DNA of 64,000 bases from an uncultured Candidatus Marinamargulisbacteria bacterium (GTDB lineage Bacteria; Margulisbacteria; Riflemargulisbacteria; GWF2-35-9; DYQY01): NCBI GenBank assembly GCA_964429235.1, contig CAYSAQ010000001.1:266045-330044 (forward strand). The letters run 5' to 3'. A program made the translations under genes and the position numbers. Below the pieces are notes generated by a model, which had not been told where the DNA came from, did not search any database, and worked only from the letters and a program-made list of their open reading frames with translations. Positions 38,782-50,288 of this stretch are shown here, piece by piece (within the stretch, counting starts at the first letter, position 1; each line of letters starts with the position of its first letter).

Positions 38782-39714
38782 CTAGTCCTCTTTCAATCTC
38801 AGTCCGTATTGTGCTAATTTTTCGTTAATCTCATCAGCAGATTTCTTTCCAAAATTCTTAATTTTCATAAGATCTTTCATTGGTTTAGTAATTAATTCTG
38901 CTACAGTCTGAATGCCTGCTTTACGTAGGCAATTAGACGATCTAGCTGATAATTCTAAATCTTCAATAGAAAGTTCTAAATTTGCATTATCTTCTGGCTC
39001 AGCAATAGTTTCTTCTACTACTGGAGCAGGAATGATATGTTTATAATCTGTAAAAAGACTAAAACTATCAATCAATACTTTAGAAGATTCTTCAACAGCA
39101 TCTTCAGCAGTAATAGTTCCATCTGTCCAAACCTCAATTGTAAGTTTGTCTAAATCTGTTCTATTACCAACTCTAGTATCTTCAATAGTATGATTAACTT
39201 TCGTTACTGGTGAAAAATTACAATCAACTGGCATAGTTCCAACTGGCATATCTTCAAAACGACTTAATTCAGATAATCTATAGCCGATTCCTTGTTCAAT
39301 TCTCAAATCAATTTTTAATGAAGCATCTCCAGTAATTGTAGCTATATGGAGATCTTTATTAATAATTTCAATCTCTGCATCATGTTTAATATCTGACGCA
39401 TGAATCTCACCTTTTTTTGAAACATCAATAGTTACATTTTTAGGTGTTTCAGAAAAGCTTTTCACAGCAATCTGTTTAAGATTCAAAATAATATCAAGAA
39501 TATCTTCTTTAATTCCTTCTACAGAACAGAACTCATGATCTACACCTTCAATTTTAATTGCAGTAACTGCAGCTCCAGGTAAAGAAGATAGAAGTACCCT
39601 TCGCATAGAATTCCCAAGTGTAGTCCCATAACCTTTTTCTAATGGATTAATAACCATCTTTGCATAATTTAGGTCTTCACTCTTTGTAACATCTACTTTT
39701 GTATTTAATTTCAC
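38782..39714 (-). CDS. rpoA: DNA-directed RNA polymerase alpha subunit
   Basis: Conserved RpoA N-terminal domain and a C-terminal CTD helix-hairpin-helix. Confidence 0.9.
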   Translation of the reverse strand: MKLNTKVDVTKSEDLNYAKMVINPLEKGYGTTLGNSMRRVLLSSLPGAAVTAIKIEGVDHEFCSVEGIKEDILDIILNLKQIAVKSFSETPKNVTIDVSKKGEIHASDIKHDAEIEIINKDLHIATITGDASLKIDLRIEQGIGYRLSELSRFEDMPVGTMPVDCNFSPVTKVNHTIEDTRVGNRTDLDKLTIEVWTDGTITAEDAVEESSKVLIDSFSLFTDYKHIIPAPVVEETIAEPEDNANLELSIEDLELSARSSNCLRKAGIQTVAELITKPMKDLMKIKNFGKKSADEINEKLAQYGLRLKED

Positions 39715-39738
39715 GGCAAACAGGCCTCCTTATTATTT

Positions 39739-40362
39739 TTATCTAGAATAATACTCAATAATTAACTGCATATTAACAGGAACATCAACTTCGTCCATGT
39801 TAGGTACTCTAGTAAAAGAATACTTATTTGCAGCTGCATCACCAGTAATCCAACTTGGTGCTGGTCTTTTTTTCATTGCTTCTAGCAATGTTGTAAAAGA
39901 CTCTTTTGACTTATCTCTGATAGAGATAATATCACCCTCACTTACAAGATAAGAAGGTATATCTACTTTCTTACCATTTACAAGAAAATGACCATGCTTA
40001 ACCAATTGTCTAGCACTCTTTCTTGTATAACCTAATCCAGCTCTGAAAATTACGTTATCTAATCTTCTTTCAACGAACTTGATTAACTCTTCAGCTGTAT
40101 TACCGTGTGTACGGTTTGCTTTCTCATAATATCTGCGAAATTGACTTTCGCTTATACAATAAAATCTTTTTGCCTTTTGTTTTTCTCTCAAACGAATTCC
40201 AAACTCAGACATTTTTCCTCTGAAAGTTGGTCCATGATCTCCCGGTGGATATGCCCTTCTATTTAGAGGACATTTTGGACTTTCACATTTATCACTTTTC
40301 AAATAAAGCTTTGTGGCTTCTCTTCTACATAATTTACAAGACGGTCCTTTATACAAACCCAT
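39739..40362 (-). CDS. rpsD: 30S ribosomal protein S4
   Basis: Conserved S4 sequence (CKLCRREG-like N-terminus). Confidence 0.9.
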   Translation of the reverse strand: MGLYKGPSCKLCRREATKLYLKSDKCESPKCPLNRRAYPPGDHGPTFRGKMSEFGIRLREKQKAKRFYCISESQFRRYYEKANRTHGNTAEELIKFVERRLDNVIFRAGLGYTRKSARQLVKHGHFLVNGKKVDIPSYLVSEGDIISIRDKSKESFTTLLEAMKKRPAPSWITGDAAANKYSFTRVPNMDEVDVPVNMQLIIEYYSR

Positions 40363-40384
40363 TAAACGATCTCCCTTCTATAAC

Positions 40385-40783
40385 CTATACTCTTCTTCTC
40401 TTACGAGGTCTACATCCATTGTGTGGTATTGGAGTAACATCTTTAATAGAAACAACTTCAATTCCTGCTGCCTGTATTGCTCTGATAGCTGTCTCTCTAC
40501 CCGGTCCAGGTCCTTTTACCAAAATATCAACTTGCTGCATGCCATTCTCTTTGGCAGTTACTGCAGCTCTCTCTCCTGCTGACTGAGCAGCAAAAGGAGT
40601 TCCTTTTTTTGAACCCTTGAATCCAACTGCACCAGAACTACCCCAAGAAATGAGGTTTCCCTCTAAATCAGTAATTGAAATAATTGTATTATTAAAATTA
40701 GATTTAATATGAGCTATACCATGAGGTATATTCTTTTTTACTTTTTTCTTTTTTACGCTAGTTTTTTTCTTCGCTGCTACCAT
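40385..40783 (-). CDS. rpsK: 30S ribosomal protein S11
   Basis: Conserved S11 sequence. Confidence 0.9.
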   Translation of the reverse strand: MVAAKKKTSVKKKKVKKNIPHGIAHIKSNFNNTIISITDLEGNLISWGSSGAVGFKGSKKGTPFAAQSAGERAAVTAKENGMQQVDILVKGPGPGRETAIRAIQAAGIEVVSIKDVTPIPHNGCRPRKRRRV

Positions 40784-40796
40784 TTATCGACTCCTC

Positions 40797-41171
40797 TTAC
40801 TTAACTGCCTTCTTCTTATTAGCTACAGCGGTTTTTTTACCTCTTCTAGTTCTAGCGTTTGTCTTTGTTCTTTGACCACGCAATGGTAAACGTTTTTTAT
40901 GTCTACTGCCTCTATAACTTCCAATTTCCATCAATCTTTTTATATTTAAAGAGATTTCTTTTCTAAGATCTCCTTCAACAATATAGTTAACAAGCTCTTC
41001 TCTTATACGAACGATATCGCTTTCGCTAAGATCCTTTGCTCTAATATCTTCTGAAATATTTAATTTCTCTAAAATCTTCTTACTTGTTGTTAAGCCTATA
41101 CCATATACGTAGGTAAGTGCAATTACTGCTCTTTTATTATTAGGTATATCTGTTCCCGCTATTCTCGGCAT
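40797..41171 (-). CDS. rpsM: 30S ribosomal protein S13
   Basis: Conserved S13 sequence ([10 protein letters not shown]...). Confidence 0.9.
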   Translation of the reverse strand: MPRIAGTDIPNNKRAVIALTYVYGIGLTTSKKILEKLNISEDIRAKDLSESDIVRIREELVNYIVEGDLRKEISLNIKRLMEIGSYRGSRHKKRLPLRGQRTKTNARTRRGKKTAVANKKKAVK

Positions 41172-41180
41172 ATCTACTCC

Positions 41181-41294
41181 CTATCCTTGTCTTTGTTTAT
41201 GTTTACGGTTTTCGCATATAACCATTACTCTGCCAAATCTTTTAATGACCTTACATTTAGGACATATTTTCTTTACTGATGTTCTTACTTTCAT
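41181..41294 (-). CDS. rpmJ: 50S ribosomal protein L36
   Basis: A 37-aa ORF absent from the ORF track: [37 protein letters not shown], which matches the L36 consensus. Confidence 0.85.
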   Translation of the reverse strand: MKVRTSVKKICPKCKVIKRFGRVMVICENRKHKQRQG

Positions 41295-41315
41295 TCTATC
41301 TCTTCCTTCGACTTT

Positions 41316-41531
41316 CTACTTTAATCTATAGGATATTCTACCCTTAGTTAAATCATACGGTGACAATTCGACCCTAACCCTATCACCAAGAAGTATTCTT
41401 ATAAAATTCTTTCTGATTTTTCCAGAAACATGTGCAAGTACTTCTTGACCAGTATCTAACTCAACTTTAAACATTGCATTCGGCAACGCCTCTAACACTT
41501 TTCCTTCTACTTCTATTACATTTTTAGCCAT
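41316..41531 (-). CDS. infA: Translation initiation factor IF-1
   Basis: Conserved IF-1 sequence. 71 aa. Confidence 0.9.
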   Translation of the reverse strand: MAKNVIEVEGKVLEALPNAMFKVELDTGQEVLAHVSGKIRKNFIRILLGDRVRVELSPYDLTKGRISYRLK

Positions 41532-41602
41532 AAAATAACCTTTAAAATTGCTCAGAAAAACCGGTTAAATATATTAACAGATTATCAATAGTATTACAAA
41601 CA

Positions 41603-42247
41603 CTATTTTTTGCTGAACACTACCCTTTCTATCTCTTCTCTTACTTCATCAATTGCCTTCTCAGAATCAATCTCTACAACTAAGCCTTTTTCTTTATAGA
41701 AATCAAGCAATGGTTGAGTTTCTTTCAAATAAACTGAATACCTTTTTTTAACTGTTTCAGGCTTATCATCTTCTCTTATGTAAAGCTTCTCACCAGTAAC
41801 ATCACATACACCTTCAACCTTTGGTTTTTTGTACTTAATATGATAAGTTTCACCAGATATTTTAGCTGAAAGTCTACCACTAATTCTTTCAATAACTTCA
41901 ACTAATGATACGTTCAAATAAATAACTGCATCAAACTTGAAATTATTATCATCAAGAAATTCAGCTTGAGTTAACTTTCTAGGGTATCCGTCACATATAA
42001 TCTTTACGTCGCCCATTTCTTGAAATGATGTTAAAAACATTTCATTAATCAATTCATCTGCTACTAACTCTCCAGCCTTGATAACTGATTCAACTTTACG
42101 CCCTAGCTCAGTATCTTCACTAGCCGTTTTTCTTAAAATATCTCCACTAGAAATATGCTTATAGCCATATGTCTCAGCAATAAACTTTGCTTGAGTACCT
42201 TTGCCTGATCCAGGTGCTCCTAAAATTAATAGTTTCTTCATACTCAT
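41603..42247 (-). CDS. adk: Adenylate kinase
   Basis: P-loop GAPGSGKGTQA. The lid has no Zn-binding Cys4. Confidence 0.9.
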   Translation of the reverse strand: MSMKKLLILGAPGSGKGTQAKFIAETYGYKHISSGDILRKTASEDTELGRKVESVIKAGELVADELINEMFLTSFQEMGDVKIICDGYPRKLTQAEFLDDNNFKFDAVIYLNVSLVEVIERISGRLSAKISGETYHIKYKKPKVEGVCDVTGEKLYIREDDKPETVKKRYSVYLKETQPLLDFYKEKGLVVEIDSEKAIDEVREEIERVVFSKK

Positions 42248-42256
42248 TAATATCTC

Positions 42257-43519
42257 CTATCGAACTAATTTCTCGTATTTATTTGATATAAGAATTGTCT
42301 CTATCTGTCTTACTATATCAATTGCAACCCCAACAATAATCAACAATGCCGTACCACCTAATCCCATAAAACTTGTAACATGCGTTACTTTGGCCGTTAA
42401 CATGGGCACTATAGATATCAAAGACAGAAACGTTGCTCCTACGAATGTAAGCCTTGTTATAACAGCATCTAAATACTCAGCTGTTGGCTTCCCTGGTCTA
42501 ACTCCTAAAATAAAACCGCCATACTTTTTTATATTGTCTGCAAGTTCTTCCGGGTTAAATGTAATCGCTGTATAGAAATATGTAAAGAAAAATATTAATG
42601 CTGCAAAGATTATTATATATAATGGTGCGCCATAACCAAGCCATGTATTTAAAACACCAAGCTTTGGAAAGAACTGTATTAACATTATTGGTAAAGAAAG
42701 AACTGATGATGCAAAGATTATAGGAATAACGCCACCTTGATTAATCTTCATTGGCAAATATGTATTCTGCCCTCCATACATTTTTCTTCCTACAACTCTT
42801 TTGGCATATTGAACTGGTATATTTCTTTGCGCCTCTTGCACAACTACTATACCTATAGTTACTAGTAGAAACATTCCTATCATTATGATTACATTCCAGA
42901 TTGGTATTCCACCCTTAATTAGGGTGACCGTATTCATTACATAGGCAGGCATAGCTCCAACTATCCCAACAAAAATAATGATACTTGCGCCATTTCCAAC
43001 GCCACTTTCAGTAATTAATTCACCCATCCACATAACTAATGCTGTGCCAGCCATTAATGAAATTACTGCCACAAAAAAGAACATTGGGAAATTTACTCCT
43101 GGTAATAACAAGGACCTAAGTCCAACTGAAATACCTACAGACTGCATAAATGCAATAAACAGGGTCAAATACCTAGTATACTGTTGTATCTTCTTCCTGC
43201 CACTTTCACCTTCTTCTTGAAGTTCCTTAAGCGTAGGGTACATAACAGTTAATAACTGCATAATAATAGATGCGTTAATATATGGAATAATTCCAAGCGC
43301 AAATACTGAAAATCTTTTCAAGCCACCACCTGAAAAAAGGTCAAGAAATCCAAAAAATCCACCTTGTCCGAACATCTCTGCTAGCTTGCCCATATCTAAT
43401 CCAGATATAGGAACATTAATTCCTAATCTGAAAAAAAATATAATTAAAAAAGTAAAGATAAGCTTTTTTTGAAGATCTTTAATCTGGAAAAACCCAGAAT
43501 AGTTATTAGCCATTAACAA
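42257..43519 (-). CDS. secY: Preprotein translocase SecY
   Basis: 10-TM SecY with conserved motifs. Overlaps the rplO stop. Confidence 0.9.
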   Translation of the reverse strand: MLMANNYSGFFQIKDLQKKLIFTFLIIFFFRLGINVPISGLDMGKLAEMFGQGGFFGFLDLFSGGGLKRFSVFALGIIPYINASIIMQLLTVMYPTLKELQEEGESGRKKIQQYTRYLTLFIAFMQSVGISVGLRSLLLPGVNFPMFFFVAVISLMAGTALVMWMGELITESGVGNGASIIIFVGIVGAMPAYVMNTVTLIKGGIPIWNVIIMIGMFLLVTIGIVVVQEAQRNIPVQYAKRVVGRKMYGGQNTYLPMKINQGGVIPIIFASSVLSLPIMLIQFFPKLGVLNTWLGYGAPLYIIIFAALIFFFTYFYTAITFNPEELADNIKKYGGFILGVRPGKPTAEYLDAVITRLTFVGATFLSLISIVPMLTAKVTHVTSFMGLGGTALLIIVGVAIDIVRQIETILISNKYEKLVR

Positions 43520-43958
43520 CCTCGGCTTTACCGCCTGCTTTTTCGATTGCTTCTATAGCTGTTTTTGAAAACTTATCAGCTTCAACAGTTACTACTTTTG
43601 TTAATTCACCATCACCAAGTACTTTGAATGCAGTTACACTCTTAGAAAAAAACTTTTTTTCCTTTAGTACTTCTAGATTCACTTTTTTAAGCTTTAAGCT
43701 TTCCAAAGTATCTAGGTTGATAATTTCATAATCTTTAGTTGATTGTAATGCTTTAAATCCTCTAAGCTTTGGCATCTTTTTGTATAAAGGCATTTGTCCG
43801 CCTTCAAAACCAGGTCTAGTTCCGCCACCACTTCTTGCCTGCTGACCTTTATGGCCTTTTCCTGCAGTACATCCGTATCCAGAACTTTCTCCTCTGCCTA
43901 CTCTTTTTCTATTTTTACTTGTTCCTGCGTATGTTTTTAATTCAGATAGAATTCCCAT
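43506..43958 (-). CDS. rplO: 50S ribosomal protein L15
   Basis: Conserved L15 sequence. Confidence 0.9.
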   Translation of the reverse strand: MGILSELKTYAGTSKNRKRVGRGESSGYGCTAGKGHKGQQARSGGGTRPGFEGGQMPLYKKMPKLRGFKALQSTKDYEIINLDTLESLKLKKVNLEVLKEKKFFSKSVTAFKVLGDGELTKVVTVEADKFSKTAIEAIEKAGGKAEVVNG

Positions 43959-43973
43959 CTTTTTCTCCCTTAT

Positions 43974-44471
43974 CTATTTTGCTGATCTTACGTTAAGATC
44001 AACTCCACGTTCTGCTTTTGCTTCTTCAAGACTCTTTAATCTCTTCAATCCATCTAATGCTGCGAAAGCATTATTAATTACAGAAGAAGATCCTAATGAT
44101 TTAGATACAATATTATGTATTCCTGCTAATTCGAAAACTAATCTCATAACTCCACCTGATATTACACCAGTTCCTTTAGGTGCTGGTCTCATAAAAACCT
44201 TACTAGCTCCTAATGAACCTGTTGAGTCATGAGGGATTGTCCCATCAACAATATTTACAGAAACCATGTCCTTTTTTGCAATATTTATAGCTTTTCTAAT
44301 AGCACTTGGAACTTCAGCTGCTTTAGCTACTCCAACACCTACTTTGCCATTCATATCTCCAACAACAACTGTAGCTCTAAAAGAAAGGTTCTTACCGCCT
44401 TTTACAACTTTAGTTACTCTTCTAATTTGAACTATCTTTTCTACAAATTCACTAACTTCTCTATCTGCCAT
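43974..44471 (-). CDS. rpsE: 30S ribosomal protein S5
   Basis: Conserved S5 sequence. Confidence 0.9.
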   Translation of the reverse strand: MADREVSEFVEKIVQIRRVTKVVKGGKNLSFRATVVVGDMNGKVGVGVAKAAEVPSAIRKAINIAKKDMVSVNIVDGTIPHDSTGSLGASKVFMRPAPKGTGVISGGVMRLVFELAGIHNIVSKSLGSSSVINNAFAALDGLKRLKSLEEAKAERGVDLNVRSAK

Positions 44472-44491
44472 GATTCCTCCTATTTATATGA

Positions 44492-44800
44492 CTAGAACTC
44501 TAAGCCTTTGCTTCTAGCTCCGTCAGCAACTGCTTTGATCCTACCGTGGTATACTTTACCAGCTCTATCAAATACTACTTTTTTAATACCTTGTCCTGTA
44601 GCTTTCTCAGCGATCATTTCTCCAACTTTAAAAGAAACTTCTTTGTTTGCTCTTTGTTTTAAAACTGAACTTGAAACTCCTAATATTGTTTTACCAGAAA
44701 TATCATCGATAATCTGTGCATAAACATTATTAAGGCTTCTTGTAACTGTTAACCTTGGTCTTTCAGCTGTGCCTACTACTTTTTTTGAAAATCTTCTCAT
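44492..44800 (-). CDS. rplR: 50S ribosomal protein L18
   Basis: Conserved L18 C-terminal region. 102 aa, with no room for an N-terminal extension. Confidence 0.85.
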   Translation of the reverse strand: MRRFSKKVVGTAERPRLTVTRSLNNVYAQIIDDISGKTILGVSSSVLKQRANKEVSFKVGEMIAEKATGQGIKKVVFDRAGKVYHGRIKAVADGARSKGLEF

Positions 44801-44818
44801 TGTTATCCTGCTCCTTTA

Positions 44819-45358
44819 CTACTTAGCTGCTTTTCCAGCTTTTCTAACAATGTGCTCGCCAGCATACTTAACACCCTTACCTTTATAAGGCTCAGGAGGT
44901 CTAAGTTTTCTGATATTTGCAGCAACTTGTCCAACTAACTGTTTATCAATTCCTTTTACTGTGATCTTTGTATCACCTTGTAATTCAAAAGTAATTCCTT
45001 CAATAGCCTCTATAATAATAGGATGTGAAAATCCAAGTGCTAATGTAATACCATTACCTTTTTTCATTGCTCTATAACCAACACCTACTAACTCTAAATT
45101 CTTCTCATAACCTTCAGTTACACCAGAAACCATGTTTCTGATCAATGTATTATATAGTCCATGTCTAGCTTTAGCTTCTTTATCTTCACCATTTCGGTGA
45201 ACTAATATCACATTATCTTTTTTCTCAATAGTGACTTTTGTTGTTGGTATATTTAATTCTAGTTCGCCTTTTGGCCCTTTTACTTTAACTAAAGTATCAA
45301 CTAGTTCAACTTGTACCTTATCAGAAATTGCTATTGGTTTTTTACCTATCTTTGACAT
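44819..45358 (-). CDS. rplF: 50S ribosomal protein L6
   Basis: Start reassigned to the internal ATG (MSKIGKKPIAI), which has an AGGGAG SD. The track ORF extends upstream into rpsH. Confidence 0.85.
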   Translation of the reverse strand: MSKIGKKPIAISDKVQVELVDTLVKVKGPKGELELNIPTTKVTIEKKDNVILVHRNGEDKEAKARHGLYNTLIRNMVSGVTEGYEKNLELVGVGYRAMKKGNGITLALGFSHPIIIEAIEGITFELQGDTKITVKGIDKQLVGQVAANIRKLRPPEPYKGKGVKYAGEHIVRKAGKAAK

Positions 45359-45368
45359 TAATATCTCC

Positions 45369-45764
45369 CTACCAAACGTAACATAAGATCTCGCCGCCAA
45401 CGTTCTGCTTACGAGCATCTTTTCCAGAAATAACACCTTTGTTTGTTGAAAGGATTGAAATACCAAATCCGTTCTTAACTTTAGGGATATCTGCTTTAGC
45501 AATATAATCTCTCTTACCTGGAGTACTCTTTTTTACCATATTAGTAATTACTGAGTTTCCATTGTGATACTTAAGTCCTACTTTTATAAGTGGCTTACCA
45601 TCATTATCTAACTTTTCTATTCTTGAAACAAAACCTTCTTTTTGCATAATACTTACGATATCAAACTTAATGTTTGAAAAAGGAAATATTATTACCTCTT
45701 TCTTTGCATTAATACCGTTCTTAACTATACATATCATATCTGCTACTGGATCTGAAACGCTCAT
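45369..45764 (-). CDS. rpsH: 30S ribosomal protein S8
   Basis: Conserved S8 sequence (MSVSDPVADM...). Confidence 0.9.
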   Translation of the reverse strand: MSVSDPVADMICIVKNGINAKKEVIIFPFSNIKFDIVSIMQKEGFVSRIEKLDNDGKPLIKVGLKYHNGNSVITNMVKKSTPGKRDYIAKADIPKVKNGFGISILSTNKGVISGKDARKQNVGGEILCYVW

Positions 45765-45782
45765 CTATACCTCCTGCTTTCT

Positions 45783-45968
45783 CTACCAACTAGACTTAGT
45801 TACTCCAGGTAATTCACCTGCGTAAGCTAGTTTTCTTAAACACAATCTACATAATCCAAATTTTCTAATAACAGCTCTTGGTCTACCACAAATATTGCAT
45901 CTTCTGCGGTATTGAATAGGACTGTTTATTTTCTTATCATTCTTAGCTATCATTGATTTTTTAGCCAT
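45783..45968 (-). CDS. rpsZ: 30S ribosomal protein S14, type Z (zinc-binding)
   Basis: 61 aa with the CxxC...CxxC zinc ribbon. Confidence 0.9.
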   Translation of the reverse strand: MAKKSMIAKNDKKINSPIQYRRRCNICGRPRAVIRKFGLCRLCLRKLAYAGELPGVTKSSW

Positions 45969-45995
45969 CTACATTTATCTCCTAATCTCTTTTTA

Positions 45996-46547
45996 TTACT
46001 TTCTAAAAGGCATGCCTAATAATGCTAACAATTCTCTAGACTGGTCAACATCCTCTGTTGAAGTAACAAATGTAATATTAAAACCTCTAACCTTATCAAC
46101 TTTATCGTAATCAACTTCAGGAAAGATAAGCTGTTCTTTTAATCCTAGAGTATAGTTCGCTTGATTATCAAATGCCCTTCTAGAAACTCCTCTGAAATCT
46201 CTTATTTTAGGCAATGTTAGGTTAAAAAACTTATTCATGAATTGATACATACGCTCACCTCTAAGTGTTACCTTACAGCCAATTGCCATACCCTCTCTTA
46301 GCTTAAATCCTGCAATTGATTTTTTTGCTTTTGTAATTACAGCCTTTTGACCGAATAATAAAGCAAACTCATCTACTGAAGCTTGTACAGCTTTTGAATT
46401 GTTAATTGCTTCGCCTAATCCTCTATTGATTATGATTTTCTCAACCTTAGGAACTTTACTAACATTTTTTATACTAAACTTTTCTTGAAGTTGCTTGATA
46501 ACTTCTTTTTTATAATTCTCTTTAAGATCTAATACCTGCTTTGACAC
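45996..46547 (-). CDS. rplE: 50S ribosomal protein L5
   Basis: Conserved L5 sequence. Confidence 0.9.
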   Translation of the reverse strand: MSKQVLDLKENYKKEVIKQLQEKFSIKNVSKVPKVEKIIINRGLGEAINNSKAVQASVDEFALLFGQKAVITKAKKSIAGFKLREGMAIGCKVTLRGERMYQFMNKFFNLTLPKIRDFRGVSRRAFDNQANYTLGLKEQLIFPEVDYDKVDKVRGFNITFVTSTEDVDQSRELLALLGMPFRK

Positions 46548-46564
46548 CGTTATCTATTCTCCTC

Positions 46565-46897
46565 TTACTTGTCTATTATTTCGCTGCACTTTTTGCATTT
46601 TCTAACGCGTTTTCCATTAACTTCTTCAACAGATATACGCGTAGGCTCTTTACAATACTTACAAATTACCATGATGTTAGACCAATCAACAGGTTTATCC
46701 ATTTCGATAATCCCACCTGGTCCAGCATGACTTGGCTTTTGATGTTTTTTTACAACATTAGCTTTTTCAACAACAACTTTTTTCTTTGCAGGCAAAACTT
46801 GTGTTATTTTAGACTTAAGACCTTTACTCTTACCTGCTATTACAACAACCTCATCACCTTTTTTAAACTTATTCACCATAATCTCCTTCTTATACAA
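46565..46897 (-). CDS. rplX: 50S ribosomal protein L24
   Basis: KOW motif [15 protein letters not shown]. Confidence 0.9.
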   Translation of the reverse strand: MYKKEIMVNKFKKGDEVVVIAGKSKGLKSKITQVLPAKKKVVVEKANVVKKHQKPSHAGPGGIIEMDKPVDWSNIMVICKYCKEPTRISVEEVNGKRVRKCKKCSEIIDK

Positions 46898-47258
46898 CTT
46901 CTGGAGCTAATGAAATAATCTTTGAAAAAGACTTGTCTCTTAACTCTCTTGCGATAGGGCCAAAAATCCTTGTACCCCTTGGCATGTTTTGAGGATTGAT
47001 TAATACTGCTGCATTATCATCAAATCTAACAACAGTTCCATCTTTTCTAGTTATAGGTGATTTTGTTCTAACAACGACCGCCTTAACTACTTCACTCTTC
47101 TTTACTGCGCCATTTGGCTGTGCCTTTTTTACTGTAGCTACAATTACATCACCTACATGGGCATATTTTCTACTTGTTCCACCAAGAACTTTGATACATA
47201 AGATCTCTTTAGCTCCTGAATTATCTGCTACGTTTAACCTGCTCTCCGACTGAATCAC
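46890..47258 (-). CDS. rplN: 50S ribosomal protein L14
   Basis: Start reassigned to an internal GTG ([18 protein letters not shown]...), giving the typical 122 aa. The track ORF is N-terminally over-extended. Confidence 0.85.
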   Translation of the reverse strand: MIQSESRLNVADNSGAKEILCIKVLGGTSRKYAHVGDVIVATVKKAQPNGAVKKSEVVKAVVVRTKSPITRKDGTVVRFDDNAAVLINPQNMPRGTRIFGPIARELRDKSFSKIISLAPEVV

Positions 47259-47260
47259 GG

Positions 47261-47527
47261 TTATGCACCCTTTCCTTCTTTGTTTAACTTGCCAATATAT
47301 AACCATCTTTTATCTTTACTTAATGGTCTTACTTCTCTAATCGTAACAAACTCTCCAATTTTAGCTTCATTATTCTCGTCATGAGCCTTAACCTTCATAG
47401 TTTTTGTCATAATCTTTTTATACTTAGGATGTGGAACTCTTCTTTCAAGTTGAACAACAATTGTTTTATCCATCTTGTCACTAGTTACTACACCAGTACG
47501 TTCTTTTCTTCTATTTCTATCTTCCAT
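47261..47527 (-). CDS. rpsQ: 30S ribosomal protein S17
   Basis: Conserved S17 sequence. Confidence 0.9.
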   Translation of the reverse strand: MEDRNRRKERTGVVTSDKMDKTIVVQLERRVPHPKYKKIMTKTMKVKAHDENNEAKIGEFVTIREVRPLSKDKRWLYIGKLNKEGKGA

Positions 47528-47730
47528 TACGCTTCTCCCTTAGAACTGGCTAGTGCAGTTAATTGAGTATGAAGTCTTGCGATATCCTTCTTTACTCTAC
47601 TAATAGCCTTAACATCTTTTAACTGATTTGAAGCATTTTCAAATCTATAGTTCATTATCTCTGATTGTTTTTCAACTATCAACTTTTCAATATCTTCTTT
47701 TTTAAGTTTTGTAACTTCTGAGTACTTCAT
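47527..47730 (-). CDS. rpmC: 50S ribosomal protein L29
   Basis: Conserved L29 sequence. Confidence 0.85.
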   Translation of the reverse strand: MKYSEVTKLKKEDIEKLIVEKQSEIMNYRFENASNQLKDVKAISRVKKDIARLHTQLTALASSKGEA

Positions 47731-47732
47731 AA

Positions 47733-48152
47733 CTAACCTTCTATCTCCATTCTTTCAACAAACTTTGTTTTTAATGGAAGTTTATGTGCTGCAAGTCTCA
47801 TAGCTTCCTTAGCTGTTGCTACGTCTACATCAGCGATTTCAAACAATACTTTTCCTTTTTGAATAACAGCTACCCAATACTCAGGTGAACCCTTACCTTT
47901 ACCCATTCTTGTTTCAGCTGGGATCTTTGTTACAGGCTTATCAGGGAAGATTCTTATCCAAATTCTTCCGCCTCTTTTTATGTATCTAGTCATAGCAATA
48001 CGAGCTGCTTCAATCTGTCTAGAAGTAATCCAAACATTCTCTAGCGCTTGTAGTCCATATGCTCCAAAATTTATTTTGGTACCGCTATTTGCGGTTCCTT
48101 TACGTCTACCGCGCATCTGCTTACGATACTTCTGCTTTTTAGGCATTAACAT
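47733..48152 (-). CDS. rplP: 50S ribosomal protein L16
   Basis: Conserved L16 sequence. Confidence 0.9.
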   Translation of the reverse strand: MLMPKKQKYRKQMRGRRKGTANSGTKINFGAYGLQALENVWITSRQIEAARIAMTRYIKRGGRIWIRIFPDKPVTKIPAETRMGKGKGSPEYWVAVIQKGKVLFEIADVDVATAKEAMRLAAHKLPLKTKFVERMEIEG

Positions 48153-48808
48153 TATGCTTGTTCCTCCTTCTTAGCTTTCTGAGGAATAATATCACCTTTA
48201 TAAATCCATACCTTAATACCAATTTTTCCATACATTGTATTTGCTTCAGTAAAAGCATAATCAATATCTGCTCTTAACGTCTGCAAAGGAACTCTACCTT
48301 CTCTATACCATTCATTTCTTGCAATTTCAGCTCCACCTAAACGGCCACCACATTGCACTTTAATACCTTGAACTCCTGATCTCATTGCTCTTCCAACAAC
48401 TTGCTTCATAGCTCTTCTAAAAGCAATTCTTTTTTCAAGTTGTCTAGCAATAGCCTCTCCTAATATTGGCGCACAAGCATCAATATTTTTCTCTTCAACG
48501 ATATTAACTTTAACATTATCCATGCCAACCATTGTTCTAAGTCTAAAATTTAGCTCTTCAGCTCCAACTCCGCCTTTACCAATGATTACACCTGGTCTTG
48601 CTGCTCTGATAATAACTTCAACAGCTGCTGTTTTTCTTCTAATAGATATTTTAGCAATTCCTGCTCTAGCATATTTAGCTTTTATATAATTTCTTACATC
48701 TTTATCGTTCTTAACAAAAGCTGCATAATTCTTTTCAGAGTACCAAATGCTATCTGAAACTTTGTTTATGCCCATTCTAAATAGTATCGGACTTGTTTTC
48801 TGACCCAT
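48152..48808 (-). CDS. rpsC: 30S ribosomal protein S3
   Basis: Conserved S3 sequence with a KH domain. Confidence 0.9.
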   Translation of the reverse strand: MGQKTSPILFRMGINKVSDSIWYSEKNYAAFVKNDKDVRNYIKAKYARAGIAKISIRRKTAAVEVIIRAARPGVIIGKGGVGAEELNFRLRTMVGMDNVKVNIVEEKNIDACAPILGEAIARQLEKRIAFRRAMKQVVGRAMRSGVQGIKVQCGGRLGGAEIARNEWYREGRVPLQTLRADIDYAFTEANTMYGKIGIKVWIYKGDIIPQKAKKEEQA

Positions 48809-48810
48809 AA

Positions 48811-49146
48811 TTAATTACCTTCCTTCACTCTAATGGATACATGAGCATATTTCTTCTGTATCCGTGCAGCCTTACCTCTGCTTGCTGCTCTGAATCTTTT
48901 CATAATCAAAGCCTGTCCTGTAAATCCTTCAGAAATAACTAGCTTTGACTCATCCATTTGATAATTATGTACTGCATTAGCTTTTGCTGATTTTACAATG
49001 TTATATAAGATTCTTGCTGGTTTGGTTGGCATAAACTTCAAAACAATAAGTGCTCTGTCTACCTTCATCCCAACTATCTCTTTAATGACTCTATTCACCT
49101 TTGTTGGCGATGTTCTTAAGTATTTACCTGTAGTCAATATTTCCAT
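48811..49146 (-). CDS. rplV: 50S ribosomal protein L22
   Basis: Conserved L22 sequence. Confidence 0.9.
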   Translation of the reverse strand: MEILTTGKYLRTSPTKVNRVIKEIVGMKVDRALIVLKFMPTKPARILYNIVKSAKANAVHNYQMDESKLVISEGFTGQALIMKRFRAASRGKAARIQKKYAHVSIRVKEGN

Positions 49147-49172
49147 GTTAATTACCTACCTTAGCCCTTCTG

Positions 49173-49433
49173 CTATTTCTTATTATGTCCCCTGTACAAT
49201 CTTGTATGTACAAATTCTCCCAATTTATGCCCAATCATGTTATCAGAGATAAATATTGGGATATGCTTTCTTCCATTATGGATAGCTATTGTAAGCCCCA
49301 TCATTTCAGGTGATACTACTGATCTTCTTGACCATGTTTTAATAACTTTCTTGTCGCCAGTTTCCTTAGCAACTCGTACCTTCTTTATTAAATGGTCGTC
49401 AATAAATGGTCCTTTTTTAAGTGATCTTGCCAT
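49173..49433 (-). CDS. rpsS: 30S ribosomal protein S19
   Basis: Conserved S19 sequence. Confidence 0.9.
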   Translation of the reverse strand: MARSLKKGPFIDDHLIKKVRVAKETGDKKVIKTWSRRSVVSPEMMGLTIAIHNGRKHIPIFISDNMIGHKLGEFVHTRLYRGHNKK

Positions 49434-49445
49434 CAGTAATTCTCC

Positions 49446-50273
49446 TTACTTCTTTCTGCTTATAATATATTTGCTGCTGTGTTTCTTTTTCTTTCTAGTC
49501 TTATAACCAAGAGCTAGAACGCCAGTAGCTGATACTGGACCAGGTCTTCCAACAGGTGCTTTACCTTCACCACCACCATGTGGATGGTCATTAGGGTTCT
49601 TCGCAGCCCCTCTAACATTAGGTTTTCTGCCTCTGTGGAAATTCTTTCCAGCTTTACCAATTTTAATATTTCTATGTTCTGAATTAGAAACAGCTCCAAT
49701 AGTTGCCTTACATGAAACTCTAATTAATCTTAATTCACCAGATGCAAGCTTTATTGCAGCATAGTCATTTTCCTTTGCCATTAACTGTGCACTAGCTCCA
49801 GCACTTCTTACCAACTGTGCTCCTCTACCTGGTTGCATTTCAATATTATGAATTGTTGTACCAACTGGAATATCCTTAAGTGTTAAACTGTTTCCGATTC
49901 TGATTTCTGCATCTTTACCAGACTCTAAAACATCTCCAACATTTAAGCCAACTGGTGCGATAATATATCTTTTTTCACCATCAATATAATTTAAAAGTGC
50001 AATTCTTGCTGTTCTATTTGGATCATATTCAATAGTAGCAACCCTACATTTGATACCATCTTTATCTCTTTTGAAATCAACAAGACGATAAAACTTTTTA
50101 GCTCCACCTCTTCTATTTTCAACAGTAATTCTACCCTGATTGTTTCTACCTGCTTTTACGTTCTTCTTTACTAATAAAGATTTTTCAGGTTTTGTTGTTG
50201 TAATAGATGCAAAATCAGAAACTACTGTGTTTCTTGTTCCATTAGTCATTGCTTTTAATTTCTTTGTAACCAC
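49446..50273 (-). CDS. rplB: 50S ribosomal protein L2
   Basis: Conserved L2 sequence. Confidence 0.9.
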   Translation of the reverse strand: MVTKKLKAMTNGTRNTVVSDFASITTTKPEKSLLVKKNVKAGRNNQGRITVENRRGGAKKFYRLVDFKRDKDGIKCRVATIEYDPNRTARIALLNYIDGEKRYIIAPVGLNVGDVLESGKDAEIRIGNSLTLKDIPVGTTIHNIEMQPGRGAQLVRSAGASAQLMAKENDYAAIKLASGELRLIRVSCKATIGAVSNSEHRNIKIGKAGKNFHRGRKPNVRGAAKNPNDHPHGGGEGKAPVGRPGPVSATGVLALGYKTRKKKKHSSKYIISRKK

Positions 50274-50288
50274 TTGTTCTACCTCTCT

